A stretch of 64,000 nt of DNA from Chiloscyllium plagiosum (taxonomy: Eukaryota), in the NCBI RefSeq assembly GCF_004010195.1, contig NC_057740.1:37769267-37833266 (forward strand), given 5' to 3'. How positions within the stretch are numbered: the stretch's first letter is position 1; each line of letters starts with the position of its first letter. Below are positions 25,746 through 38,740 of the stretch, piece by piece. Made by a program: the position numbers and the translations under genes. The notes beneath the pieces were generated by a model. That model was not told where the DNA came from. It did no database searches and saw nothing but the letters and a program-made list of their open reading frames with translations.

Positions 25746-26437
25746 ATGTACGATTTAGGATGATTGATATAATAGTGAGCCGTATTTAAATGTTTGCACC
25801 AATTTTATTTTCTAGCGCTGTGCCAGGATTGATATGGCATGCAACCTATGCTGTGAACTCTGCTTCTGAATCACCACTTAACCTTTTCCCTTTGTATGCC
25901 TTAATTACTTTCACAGTGAAATAGGAAGTGATATTGGACGTGGGTTTTTAAGTTGCATTTATTTGGGAGCTTTCCAGCAACAGTTACAGGGATTTTTAAG
26001 GGTTTGAAAGCAATGAGAGAGAGAGAGAGAGTTTGATGCCAGATAGCTTTTAAGTCCTCACAAAGGCTGATTAAAAGTTCACTGAATGAGCTTCCTCTCT
26101 TTGTGTTGGAGTTCCTTTTGGAATGGGATGAATGAAGTTGTTGCGTTGTGTAACGGATTACTAATGGTGCAGTGCAAGCCAGGGACTGCTCAATGTGTCA
26201 GAGTAATTGAAGTTAGTGTCAGAGGAGAGTGAGAATTGTTGCAGGTTGGAGTTGTTGGGAACTGTTACTGATGCTGTTTTACAGTCAAATTGGGGTGTTT
26301 GAACCTTTTTTGTTATCAGTCTGCTACAACTAGAAAAGTAAAATAAAAAGGGAAAACATTCAATTTATTCTTCTCCTCCACAACTGCCAAATTTATCTTT
26401 GCCATTGTGAACATTCATGACTTGCTATGTTTTAACT

Positions 26438-26766
26438 TTGTGGTAGTGTCATTGGAACAGAACTTCAGAGAACTAGGCACTGGGTACATGGGTTCAAATC
26501 CCACCACATTTAAATTCACTTAAATTGAAATATCAAGCTAGTCTCAGTCATAATATTGTCGATTGTTGTAAAAACACATCGGATTCACTCATGGTCTTTA
26601 AGATAAGGTAATCTGCAGCCCTTACCTGATTTGGTTCACATTTGACCAGTTCAGTGTGGTTGACTTGCAACTGCTCTCTGCAATGGCTGAGAAACCACTC
26701 AGTTCAAGGGCATTTAGGGATGGACAGCAAATTCCCAGAGGCACCCACACCCCATGAATGAATAAA
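26438..26766 (+). mobile_element. MetaSINE-like SINE
   Basis: B box gggttcaaatccc; central domain; tail agggatggacagcaaat..catgaatgaataaa. Confidence 0.65.
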
Positions 26767-26802
26767 GGATCAAAGTATACCATCTCTAAACTGACACATG
26801 AG

Positions 26803-26975
26803 AGAGGATTATCTGGTCATTACTCTTGCCATTTGTGGGAGTTAATGTGTGCAAATTGATTATCACGTTTCCTGTATTATAATGTTAACTACACTTCTTC
26901 AAAAGTGCATCATTAACTGTAAAGCACGTTGGAATTTTGAGGCCATAAGAGGTGCTATACAAACAGAGAATTTTC
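26803..26975 (+). mobile_element. SacSINE1-like 3' fragment
   Basis: gattatctggtcatt..tgtgcaaattg..ctgtaaagcac. Confidence 0.6.
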
Positions 26976-27244
26976 TTTTTTTTCCTCAGGCATGTTAAGA
27001 GTGTACAGAGTTAATAAAGGGAGCGAAAGACTTAGGTGTATGACCTCCACTTGCTTCAGTGTTTTAGAACTAGTGAAGCACTTATTGAGAAGTATCAGTG
27101 TCAGAAGTGTCAATTTGCAAACAGTAAAGTTCCTTTCATTAACCACTGCAATGTATTTTCTTCGGAATGTTGGTTGCAGGGTGCACACTGACCAGGATGT
27201 AGCGAAAACACCCTTTTTTGGTCATCTTTAGTGTGAAGAATTTT

Positions 27245-27520
27245 CTTTTAATTCATTCATAAGACATAGATATCACTAGCTTGACCCTAATTGCCCAGAA
27301 AAAAGTTAAGAGTTAACCGCATTGCTGCAGTTCTGGCGTCACGTGTAGGCCACACCGGGTGAGGACGGCAGTTTCCTTCCTTAATGATGGCCATCACTGG
27401 ATTCTTAATTCCAGACTTCAATTGATTTTTCCATGGCAGGATTTGAATCTGGATCACCAGAACATTACCTAGCTTTCTGGACTAATAATCTCATGATAAT
27501 GCCACTAGGCAATTACCTTC
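27245..27520 (-). mobile_element. MetaSINE-like SINE
   Basis: Colinear with 16588-16950. Confidence 0.65.
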
Positions 27521-28787
27521 AGTAAATCTTTTACATTAACCTCAGAGGGTACATGAGTGGGGGTGGGGGTACATCTGATAAATGGCACCTTTGATAGCGC
27601 AGGGCAACCCCCTCACCCCCATCCCCACCCCTACCCCCATATCTCACTTTTCGTTGGAGTTTCTGGAGTGGGACTACAATTCATCACATTCTGACCCAAA
27701 GTGAATGTGCTACCACCTGAGTCATCCCAGATATCTGAAATCTTAATTGACTGTATAATGTAAGAGCACAAGCAGGCCATTTAGCCCATTGAGTTGGCTC
27801 TGATGTTCAATTAGATCTTGATTATGTGACCAGATGATGTACTTCCTGCAAGCAATGTAGATTTCTCTGAGACCTGTAATACAGAGAGGCAAGAAGCTGC
27901 GAAGGTGAAAAGATCAGCTTAATCATGAGGTTCAGGCATAAATCTACCTTCTGTATGAACGTAAAATGCTTTCAAAGTGTATCTATTAAATAATTTTCCA
28001 AGTTAAATCATAAGTCAAAGTGTGAAACCACCAAATCTACAGTCCCAGGTTACACACATGCATAAAGGGTAAGGTTACACAGATGCATAAAGGGTAAGAT
28101 AAAGCACAATGTATTGGGGTGAGGTGAAAAAAGGAAATTTAGGGAAGCAGAGAGGTTACTAAAAATTTGGTCTGTCAATTCAGGGAGAATCCAAAGGTAT
28201 TTTATAAGTGCATTAAGAGTTAAGAACATGAGTAAGGAAGAGGTTGGGCTTCTTTCCCTTAGGTCTTCGGTGTGGTGATCCTCAAGTTAAACTCATCACA
28301 GCATGTTCTTTCATCAGAAGATGATCACACTGTCGGATTATGGCGGTTTTCCCCTTTTTTTTAAACACAAAGGACATAATTGCTCTCTGGAGAGTACAGT
28401 GTGCAAGAATGCTCACAGGGCTTGAAAGTTGTCTCCTTCAAAACAGAGGAGGGAGAAGGGACATGAGGAAAACATTTTCACCAGAGGAGGTTTTGATGGT
28501 TGAGGTGGAAACCCTCAATTCATTTAAAAGGAATCTGGATCTGCACCTGAAGCTGTGTAACCTGCAAGGCTAGGGACCAAGTGCTGGAAGGTAGGATAGA
28601 TTGGATGGTGCAGGCACAATGGGCTGAATGGCCTCTTTCTGTGCCATAACTTTCCTGTGATTCCATTTGGAGGCAATATTTATGGCGAAAAGATGGAGAA
28701 GACTGGCACACATAAGAGAGAAATCCGTTGAAAGTAAAGCTTTCATCTCTTCCCAAATGTGTACTTTCTGAGTCAACTATTCCAGCG

Positions 28788-28989
28788 TTGAAATAAAAGC
28801 GAAGTGCTGACAAAACTCAGCAGGTCTGGTAGCTCCGTGGAGAGAGAAATCATGTGAGCATTTCAAATCTTGGCCATCAAGAAGAGTCATATTGGACTCA
28901 AAACTATGAAATCTGTTTCTCTCTCCACAGGTACTGCTAGACCTCTTCCAGCACCTTGCCTTTATTTCAGATTTCCATCGTCCGCAGTA
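28788..28989. mobile_element. Old Penelope-derived fold-back element with a decayed hammerhead motif
   Basis: Arms aactcagcaggtctgg..tggagagagaaa and tttctctctccacag..gctagacct; centre aagaa-gagtc atattg gactc-AAAAc. Confidence 0.6.
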
Positions 28990-30903
28990 GAATGTAAAAC
29001 AGTACAGCACAGGAACAGGCCCTTCGGCCCACATGGCTGTGCCGACTATGATGCCATTCTAAACTATTACAGCACTTTGGTTGCCTCTCAACTCTCACAA
29101 AGTCCCATCCCCTCACTTATATACATTCGTTCCTGATCTAGAAATCCTACGTTTTTCTTAAAAAAAACCACATCTTGGTTTCAGATCTCTATGTCCTTGC
29201 TGCTTCCTATTTCTTTACTCCCCCAACAGTGTTATAATCTTCATATCTCTGTGCTTTCTCAAATTCAAGCATCTTTTGAATCCCTGACTTCCTTTAACCC
29301 ATACCATTGGGTCACTGCCTTCACTTTCTAAACTGTAATTTCCAAAAATGCCTCTGAAACTTCTAATCCGCTGGTCTGCTCTCCATCCTTTTAAAGATGC
29401 ATTTTAAAATCCACTTCAATGACCTTGTCACCAATTTAGTTTTATGTAATTTTTTTTAATCCACTTGCACTGCTGTAAGGTGACTTGGGTTGTTACAGAA
29501 GGTTGTTACATAAGTACAACATGTACTTGTGTTTTGATGGTATAATAGTGTGACTGTGGAATTGTCTTTCTGTTAATCTCAGTATGATGGGGAAACAATT
29601 CTGAGTTAGTCCGAAAGGCCAAAGGTTGATAAATCATTGATCTCAGTCATTTGTATGTTTAAAAAAACCCACCAACCTGAACCGGGCTTTAAAAAATTGA
29701 AGCTTCCCTGAGGCCATTGGATAAATGCACAGCCTACTACTGAATTACACAGCTGGTGGAAGACCTCATTTTGGATCCAGTTTAAATTCGAATAGCCAGG
29801 GTGCTGTTGGTTCCCTATTTGTATCTCTGGGCTGGAAGGAAGTTCATTAACCAGTGACAGTTGTTAGAAAATGAATTCAACTGGTGGAAAGATGAGGCTT
29901 GATTGTGATTGAAAAAATTTGCTGATAATGTTTGATTAGTCTGAGAGTAACTGGATGATGATGTAGAACGGTGGAAACTAGTGGAAATAAACCCAAGGTT
30001 AGGACCTTAAGAGGAGGCAGAGAAATTAGGTAAAATAGCAGTGACCTATAGAATATTACCTGGAATATTCATAGTAATATGTGGGAAAAATGGCACAGAA
30101 ATGCCATTTCGCTCAACTAGTCCATGCTGGTGTTAATGTTGCACCATTCCTCCAAATTTTCCTTAAGTTGACTATCTATTCCCTTCCTCATTGTTGTGTA
30201 ATTCCCCTTAAATGCTTCAATACCAGTGGCTTGAAACACTCCCCACGCTAACAGGCTCCATTTTCTTATTGGTCTTTGAGCGAAAAAGATTCTTCTGAAT
30301 TTCTTACTCCTTTTAAAGTCTGTCTGTTTTTGGACTGTTGGACCAAACTTACAATGGTATGAGCCTCTGCATTTTGTTCCACCAGAATCCTAGATTTAAT
30401 TGAATTTATTACGAGGAAGCTGAGTAGTTATGAAATTTCTCTTTGAGATCACAATAAATAAAGCTAAATGTTTGTATATTAAAGGATCAAATGGAATTAA
30501 ATTGCTTCTACTTTACATTCTGCAGAATTTTAAGCCTTTTTTGTCTCTTTAGTAATTACTGACTGACACTGGTCTGAGACTCTACTGGTGATCAGACATT
30601 AAAAATAAATTTGTGCTGTAAGAAGTTTATTTTACCTTCACGAGCAAATCCTGCCTTTCTTGCTTTGTTCCAGTGCTCTCCCTTGTAACTTCACAGTCCT
30701 GTTACCTTCCTGGAAAAGTACTGTCAGACTTGTAACCTTTCCCATGGCTTCCTAATTTACATAAAAAAGTATCCCAAATATTTAGCTGCTTTTATGTACT
30801 GAAGCAGGAGTAATTCAATTCCTTTCCCTTTAGACTATATTGATAGTCCTATTGATACTGTTTAGTAGAAACTATAGAGTCATAGAATTCCTACAGAATG
30901 GAA

Positions 30904-31028
30904 TCACAATCACCTGATGAAGGAGTAGTGCTCTGAAAATCAGTGCTTCCAAATAAACCTGTTGGACTATAACCTGGTGTTGTGTGATTTTTAACCTTGT
31001 ACACCCCAGTCCAAAACTGACTACATGA
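30904..31028 (+). mobile_element. Short hammerhead-bearing Penelope-type element (second family)
   Basis: cac CTGATGA a ggagt agt gctct GAAA atca gtg at 30911-30945; TSD-like ctacagaatggaa (30891-30903) and ctacagtatgaaa (31029-31041). Confidence 0.75.
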
Positions 31029-31084
31029 CTACAGTATGAAAGCAGACTATTTAGCATATCGCGTTGACGCTGCCCCTCTGAAGA

Positions 31085-31112
31085 GCGCGCGCGCGCACAC
31101 ACACACACACAC
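31085..31112. repeat. (GC)n(AC)n alternating purine-pyrimidine tract
   Basis: gcgcgcgcgcgcacacacacacacacac. Confidence 0.9.
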
Positions 31113-32794
31113 CCTTGAAGGCCTTTAAAATCTAAAATTGTGTCCATCTCCTTCTGTGGTAGATAATTCCACAGGTTCACTACTGTTTGAGTGAAGAAAT
31201 GTTCCCTCATCTCAAATAGCCTACCCTGTATCGTGAAACTGTATCTCCTGGTTCGAGTCTCCTCAACTCGATAAAACATCCTCCCTGCATCTAGTCTCTC
31301 CAGCCCTGTTAGAACTGTATGCATTTCAGTCAGATCTCCTGTCATCCTTCTAAACTTTAGTGAATACAGACCATGTCATCTTATGACAGTCCTGTCATCC
31401 CTGGTATCATCCTAGTGAACCTCTGCTGCACTCCCTTGATGCCAAATATATCCTTTTTTAAATATAGTTTGCCTTCTTAATTGCTTGCTGATTGTACAAG
31501 GACACCCAGATCCATTTGTGCATTCACATTTCCCAATATATTACCATTTAATTAATACCTTTCCTTTTTGTTTTCATACCGCAGTATATAAATTCATGTT
31601 GAGCAATGGTGTACTATATCTGCCATGTGGCTGCCTACTCAATCAGTTTGCCTAAATCGCCATAAAGCTTCTTTTCATCTCTCAATCCCACTCAGTTTTG
31701 TGTTGTCACCAAGTTAGGAAGTGTGTTTGGTTTCCTCATTCAGGTCTTTAGTATATGTAATGAACAGCTTGGGTCCCGAGCATTGATCCTTGTGGTACCC
31801 CACTAGTCACTGCCTGTCACTTGGAAAAAGACCCATTTATTCCCACTCTTTGTTTCCTGTCTGTTAACCAGTGTTTGAACTGTGCCAATATATTATCCCT
31901 ATCTCATGTGCCTTAACATTTCCCACTAGCCTCTTATGAGGGTCCTTTATTAAAATCCTTCTGAAAATCCAACTAGTTAGTAATAATTAGTAGCTGTGTA
32001 TCTTTTAATTTCTTCATAAAAGAAACGTGATGGGAAGATATTTATTATTATTGTTGTCCATTGTCTATTAGTGCAGATAGCCAGAACATTTTCAAGTATT
32101 TGTGAAGACCTGTTTACCTAACTAAAAAGCTAATATAAATTTGCAAGCTTCTTGTTTCAAAATGACCATAAATGCCCTGATGTTTTGTTTTAGACTTTTA
32201 GAAAGAACTTTTAGAAAATCAAAGTACTATTTAAAAAAAAGCAACATGGGACATCAGGGTAGGGGAAAGAGCAAGAGACTACTACATTTTGATGGAAATT
32301 GAAATGCTTCTGATGTAAAGGAACATGAATAAGCTGCATCTGAACTGATTTAACACATTCAATGCATCACCAGTTATTGATTTGAAAGATTAATGTTTAT
32401 TTTATGAGGATATGCTACGTCAAGCACAGCTAGCAGAAAGTGGAATTATTCAGGACTCTGGTAGTTATTAACTACAGCACTGCTAAGATTTTGTGATTTT
32501 ATCTTGGTATTCTGACTGACTTATTTTGTCCTTATTTTGGTTAACATACTAAAATTTAGTCAGCTTACTGCTGGCCTTTTTTTCTTTTTAGTTTATTTAT
32601 CCTATAGTGCCTTTTCTGGTAGAGGGATATGATGGGACAAAAGCCTCACTTCAAACCAATGATGTGTTTTAACATTAATATTTCAATGTGAAGTCTACTC
32701 TTTTACACTGGTATTGCAATGTTAGGCTGCTTTATATTGTGCAGAGAGAAAGGGGGCAAATTTAGTCAAGTAATTCAGTTGCAGGCTCATTGTT

Positions 32795-33335
32795 GTGAGT
32801 GTTAAGAATAGGATTGGCCATTCAAGCCCTCGAGTCTGTTCTGCCTTTTAGCGAGATCATGGCTGGTCTGTAGTCTAACTCCACATACTTGCCCTTTGTC
32901 CTTATCCCTTAATATCTTAGCGTAACAAAAATTATCTATTTTGGATTTAAAGCTTAACAACCGGTCTAGCATTAACAGTAGTTTGTAGAAAAAAACTCCA
33001 AACCTCGAACACCCTTTGTATGTAGAAGTCCTTCTTACCTTCTCACTTTAATGGCCCTCATTCTCAGACTGTGCACCCCAGTTCTGGAATCTTCAACCAG
33101 TGAAATTAATCTAACTACCCTATCTTTTCATGTTAATATTTTGAAGACTTCGATCAGATCACTGCATAACCTTCTAAATTCCAGAGAAAACAGGCCTAGA
33201 TCGTATAACCTCTCTTCATAACTTAACCCTTGAGCTCAAGGTATCATTCTTGTAAACCTAGATTGTAATTCGTTCAAGACCAGTAAATCCTTCCTAAGGT
33301 GTGGTGCCCAAATCTGCTGTCAGTACTTCAAATGG
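32795..33335 (-). mobile_element. Old CR1 3' fragment
   Basis: ggccattcaagccctcgagtctgttctgcc..gagatcatggctg; ccttctaaattccagagaaaacagg; aggtgtggtgccc. Confidence 0.65.
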
Positions 33336-34499
33336 GCTCTGTTGCCAAAGGTCCATTAGCTAACTCAGAACAGCATTTGGAAGCATGTTCAAACCATGGT
33401 GTTGATGCCTTTAACTTCTTTACAGGGATTGACAGTAAGTGTTGGTTGTCTGAGCAGCATGATTCTGTTGTCTGAACTGTGCGGATTTTTCTCAGGCAAA
33501 TATAGCTTTGCATTCTATCTAAAATAGTATTTTTAGAATGAAGGGCACATTCTGACAACTTTTTGATATACATGTGTCCTCTTTCAATCACTTTAGGAAT
33601 TTTATATATTGATGGTTATTATTGGCTTATTAGAGTAATATTAAGTCATGCAATTTTGATATAGTTTTATTCCGTTGGAAAATAGTGTTCTTTTTGATTT
33701 CGAGGCAGAACTGAGACACTAGGTTGAGATTATAATACCTTTTGTTTAATTCTGAGCAAATAATGGAAATGAATTGGCTTTATTGTCACAAACTGTCATG
33801 AATGCAGTAAATGCTTACAAACTGCCACTTGCAGCACCAGCTTAGGTACAAAGGCACCTAGGTACAGACTCTTGAGTGCAGGTTCATAGGGGCGAAAAAT
33901 AAAAATATAAATAAAAAGACCTTCAAAAGTACAAAATCACAGTAATAAAATAGGTAATTAAAGAAAGGAAGTTCAAAATAACAGTCCTTCCACGATAGCT
34001 TAATAAAAAAAGAGAAAATTAAAGAAAAGGAGAAACTTGTCAGTTTTGCGGTTCTGGGCTTGAGGAAACCCTCCCTGGTTGGAATCCCAGGCTGGACCTC
34101 CATGATGCTGAAGAAAAGCTGCATGGAGTCACAGACTGATGCCGGAGCTGCCACACTTACTGAATTTTGTTGTAGAATCTGGAATTTCGAAGTTGTACTG
34201 ACAGAACATTTTTTTTTAATTTGGCTTCCTGCTGTTGTCAAATTTTTTGAGTAGGCCATCACAAAGGAATAATAGGGTAAAGTCTAAAAATACAAAAGAA
34301 TGAAAGCAATTTATTTGTTCTCCTGCACAACATAGCAATACCAGCTTCTAGTAAATTCCTATGGTGTATATTGTTTGTTTTTGAATATTTTGTTTCAAAG
34401 TTGAGTGTTCACAAGCAATTTGACATTTCTAACTCCGATTCAGATCTTCCCTAAAATGCAGAGCTTGTCTGGGGAGATATCTGGATAGCTAACAGTAAG

Positions 34500-34835
34500 A
34501 GTCCCGTACTGATCCTTGTCGTACATCACTGGGCACTGGCTTCCAGTCACTCAAACAGTCTCCTACCACTACTCTTTGTGTTCTATTATTAAGCAGTTTC
34601 TGATCAATTTCATCAAGTTTACCTGAATTTTACATGCTTTAACCTTCTTCATCAGTCTCCTATGTGGAACCTTGTCAAATGCTTTGCTAGGATCTTCGTA
34701 AACTACATTAACTGAACTTCCCTCATCCACACGCATGATTATATTTTTGAAATATTCTAACAAATTTGTTCTGCGTGATTTTCCTCCGACAAAGCCATGC
34801 TGTCTCTCTGTAATTAACCAATGCTTTTCTAAGTG
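34500..34835 (-). mobile_element. CR1 RT fragment
   Basis: ORF 34569-34763 VDEGSSVNVVYEDPSKAFDKVPHRRLMKKVK. Confidence 0.85.
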
Positions 34836-35065
34836 GATATTAATTCACTTGTGTAGGGGGTGGTTGGGGGTTGGGGTGAGGGAGGAGGTCTGGTCAATTA
34901 TCAGACTCTCCTAGTTCCTCCGATACATGTGAAAATAGACTTGTATAAGAAAGAAATGCCTTGGGTTTGTATGTTCTACAAAAATAAAAATTGCAGACAG
35001 CACCAAACTGCTCTAGTGTCTATCTACATATATAAAGATTTTTTATGAATAAAGATTAAAAAAAA

Positions 35066-35270
35066 AGGTTCGTGATGCAGAGTGATGCCAACTGCATGGG
35101 GTTCAATTCCCACACCAGCTGAGGTTACTGTGAAGGAGACCACTTTGTCAACCCCTTCCCTTGCCTGAGGCATGGTAACCCTCAGGTTAAACCACCACCA
35201 ATCGTTTCTCTCTCTAATGGGACAGCTACCCAATGTCTAGTAATACTGTGGTGACTTTGCCTTTACCTTA
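35066..35270 (+). mobile_element. Unassigned tRNA-derived SINE
   Basis: B box ggttcaattccc; related diverged copies at ~16300-16510 (-), ~22200-22340 (-) and ~28255-28350 (+). Confidence 0.5.
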
Positions 35271-36074
35271 CTGCTTAAATAGCTTAGAACCACTTCACTA
35301 TAAAGAGATAGAGAACTGGACATGGGGTATAGATGTATTCAACTGCAGAGCTTTTATCAAACTTGAATACACATAATGTAACAGACAGAAATCACACAAG
35401 ATTGACATTTCAAATGAAATGACGGTTTGGCTGGGGTGTTGAGTTGTCTTTCATTGTTTGTATTGCACTGAATTTTAACAAGTACATTTTTCTTATTGTA
35501 CAGGTACAATTTAGAATAGCAATAATGAGTCAGATGTCTTGGGAGAATGCTCTGGACTTTTCTAATACTTGGTTTCAGATTACAGTCTTTGCTGTGGTGT
35601 GGTTCACTGAGATCTGATCAACCTTTTGCTCATTGTTGTTCAATGCAACTGCTTTGTGTCAATGGCGTGATTGTTTTGCAGACTTCTTGACCACGAAGAG
35701 TTTTGCATATATTTTTGTTGGCCATTAGTGTTGCAGGCAAGAGTAGCATTTTGTGCTTATCTCTCTTGTTCTTGAGAAGGATGGTTCATCTTTTCTTGGA
35801 CTATTGTAGTTGGTATACCTGTAATGCTATTCTTTGGTGGTTTGATGGATTATAGGCAATTCCAAAGGGCCATTATGAATCGTCACATTACTGTGGATCT
35901 GGAGTTACAGACTGGGTATGGATGGCAAGCTTCCTTCCCTGAGGCACATTAGAGAATCAGAGGGACTTTGAAAAGCCCAGTATTTTCATGATTATACTCA
36001 ATGAAGCCAGCACTTTATTCAGATTTGTTAATTGAACAGAAATTCACCAAACTATCATAATTCTATTTAAACTC

Positions 36075-36402
36075 ATAGAATTCCTAAAATGTGGAAAGAG
36101 GCCCTTCGGTCCAACAAGTCCACACTGATCCTCCGAAGAGTAACCCACCCGGAACCATTCCCCTACCCTGTTATCCTATATTTACCTCACTAACCTACAC
36201 ATCCCTGAACAGTGTGGGCAATTGAGCATGGCCAATTCACCTAGCCTGCATATCTTTGGATTGTGGGAGAAAACCCACGCGGACATTGGGAGAATGTACG
36301 AACTCCACACAGACAGTAGTCTGAGGCTGGAATTGAACCTGGGTCCCTGGTGCTGTAAGGCAGCAGTGTTAACCACTGAGCCACCATGCTGTGTCATGTC
36401 AC
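36075..36402 (-). mobile_element. HE1 SINE
   Basis: Antisense HE1; 27 bp tandem duplication over its 5' junction (36376-36429). Confidence 0.88.
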
Positions 36403-36530
36403 CTGAGCCACCATGCTGTGTCATGTCACCTGCCTTTGAATGACTAATCCAGGGATATTACTGCTTTGCTGTGCAAAGACTATTCTCTCAATCAAGCCCA
36501 GCTTTATTCTTGTACAGGTTCTCTACTTGT

Positions 36531-36638
36531 GGGCGGCACGGTGGCACAGTGGTTAGCACTGCTGCCTCACAGCGCCAGAGACCCGGGTTCAATTCCCGCC
36601 TCAGGCGACTTAATCTAATCTAATCTAATCTAATCTAA
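36531..36638 (+). mobile_element. Mini HE1: tRNA-like head joined directly to a (TAATC)n tail
   Basis: 80 bp head then taatc x5; TSD tacttgt at 36524-36530 and 36639-36645. Confidence 0.88.
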
Positions 36639-36790
36639 TACTTGTAGCAGGACTCCCAATTTTTAAAATATTCTGTTGAGAAGTAGAAACCCTGACTTGA
36701 GTTTCTTGCTTGGGGCCTAAGGCTGTAATCCAACTTAGTTCTGTTAGAATATTGAATCTGATGGTCTGTGGCTCAACAGCTCTCAACCAA

Positions 36791-36982
36791 GTCAGAAGTC
36801 GCACGACACCAGGTTATAGACCAACAGGTTTATTTGAAATCACAAGCGTTTTGAGTGCAGCCCCTTCATCATGTGCAGTTCCGAAAGCTTGAGATTTTCA
36901 ATAAACCTGTTGGAATATAACCTGGTGTGTTGCAACGTCTGACTTTGTCCACCCCAGTCTAACACTGGCACCTCCACATCAT
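36791..36982. mobile_element. Fold-back hammerhead-type element (same family as 30904-31028)
   Basis: Inverted arms ~36789-36847 and ~36887-36945; TSD-like agctctcaaccaa (36778-36790) and agttctcaatcaa (36983-36995). Confidence 0.75.
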
Positions 36983-37172
36983 AGTTCTCAATCAAAACTG
37001 TTTAATCATTGTGAGAGCTTTGGAACTGCTCTGTTAGTAGAAACATGCAAAAAGATGAGAAATTGGAGAATGTACAATAGATTAAAAGTGTTGCCTTATT
37101 GGTTTAACAGTGTAATGCGAACCCTTTAGTGAAGTGCAGGTTGAGACTTTTTTTTGGTGGAAAGGTCAAGAA

Positions 37173-37518
37173 CCATAGAATGCCTACAGTATGGAAACAA
37201 GCCTTTTGGCCCAACAAGTCCACACCAACCCTCCAAAGAGTAACCCACCAAGGCCCATTCCCCTACTATCTTATATTTACCCTTGACTAATGCACCTAAC
37301 CAACACGTCCCTGGACACTATGGGCAATTTAGCATGTTCAATCCACCTAACCTTCACATCTTTGAACTGTGGGAAGAAACCAAAGCACCCGGAGGAAACC
37401 CATAGAGACACGGGGAAATGTGCAAACTCCACACAGACAGTCGCCCGAGGCTGGAATCGAACCCAGGTCCCTGGCGCTGTGAGGTAACAGTGCTAACCAC
37501 TGAGCCACCATGCCGCCC
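37173..37518 (-). mobile_element. HE1 SINE, full length
   Basis: Antisense gggcggcatggtggctcagtggttagcac..; tail at ~37175. Confidence 0.92.
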
Positions 37519-38740
37519 TTGGGAGAAGCTGATTGAAGTGATTGGCAACCAAAGGTGACATGAGCAAAAGCCTTTTTATGGAGCGAGTGGTTAGGAATTG
37601 GGAATGCAATGCTTAGGAGTTTAGTAGAAGCAGATTTGAATATAGTTATCAAAAGTGAATTGGATAATTATTTGAACAGAAATTTGATGCTGTGTAGAGC
37701 AGTCATGGAAGTGGGACGAGCTGGATAACTCGTAATTGAAGCCAACTCAGCTATGATGGGTTAAATGGCCGCCTCCTGTGCTGTAACTGTTCTATGAAGA
37801 AAGATGCTAAAAGAAATTATGTTGTAACATGAGTTACAAATTGCAAAATTGATTCCAGATCATGTACCAAGGCCCATGTTCACAAATTCATTTTTTTTTA
37901 AAAACTGAGCTATAAATAGAGAATTCCTAAGTTTAATGTTGTGTGATGATTGCGTGCACTGTGGTCTTAATGTTGCAATCAGCAGGGAGTGCCTTCCTGT
38001 TTTATTATCAAGAAATTACACTTTTGCCTCCAGTTTTGTCTATGTTGTACATTCTTTGCTCGCACCTTATTTATTCAAGATAGTGATTCCTGTGGCATTT
38101 GAATTCAAGTAGCCATCAACTCATTCTCACCTGCTGACCAGCAATTTCAATTCTGCATCACTGGGTTCAGATGGGAAAGCCCTGGTTGATATTCCCAATT
38201 CTTGAGGACATTAACACATATTAGCAAACCATTTGAACAGTGATGGGGATTTTAAAAAAAATTGTTTATGGCAATCAGGTCAATTATCAATTGAGACAGT
38301 AGGCATTAGGCATGAGCAAACTGGATACAAAAGATTTATTCCAGCTTTTGCAAAAGCGCATTAGTACAGTCAGTTCAACTTCAATAATCCTCGATTATGA
38401 TGATGATCTGACTGCAGAGGCAGTCACTTGGAGAGAGTTAAGTAAGATGACTTGTGGCTGGATTATGATTATAATATGTAAAAAATTCTGGTATTGTGCT
38501 GTCTTTTGATTTGTAGGATAATGTTTTCAGTTTGGCAGTTACATTTCTTGCTCCTTTTATATTTTCTGATCTTCTGTGGATATAGTAAATAATCACTATA
38601 GCAACCTAGGTTTGATGAAGATGAGAATAATTGCAATTGTGACTTTTTCCATGTTAAAGTGATAACAGGTGGCTGGTTTGCCTCACTGCTGCTGATTGCC
38701 TGTTGCAGTTTAATGAAGATTTGTTTAGACTCTTGGGTAA

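Larger units (their letters stand above)
30873..31970 (-). mobile_element. CR1 LINE fragment (second subfamily)
   Basis: ORF 30872-31345 GLERLDAGRMF..HFFTQTVVNLWNYLPQ; antisense SGVPQGS at ~31785-31805. Confidence 0.8.

Noticed and set aside
26970-27040. Strong-looking splice acceptor ttttcttttttttcctcag
   Set aside because: The pyrimidine tract is a SINE tail, the donor is weak and there is no protein similarity I recognise; RNA data would be needed
33765-34160. 134 aa minus-strand ORF region and possible LINE 3' UTR starting tggctttattgtcac
   Set aside because: Low-complexity translation; probably a repeat, but I cannot assign the family or boundaries
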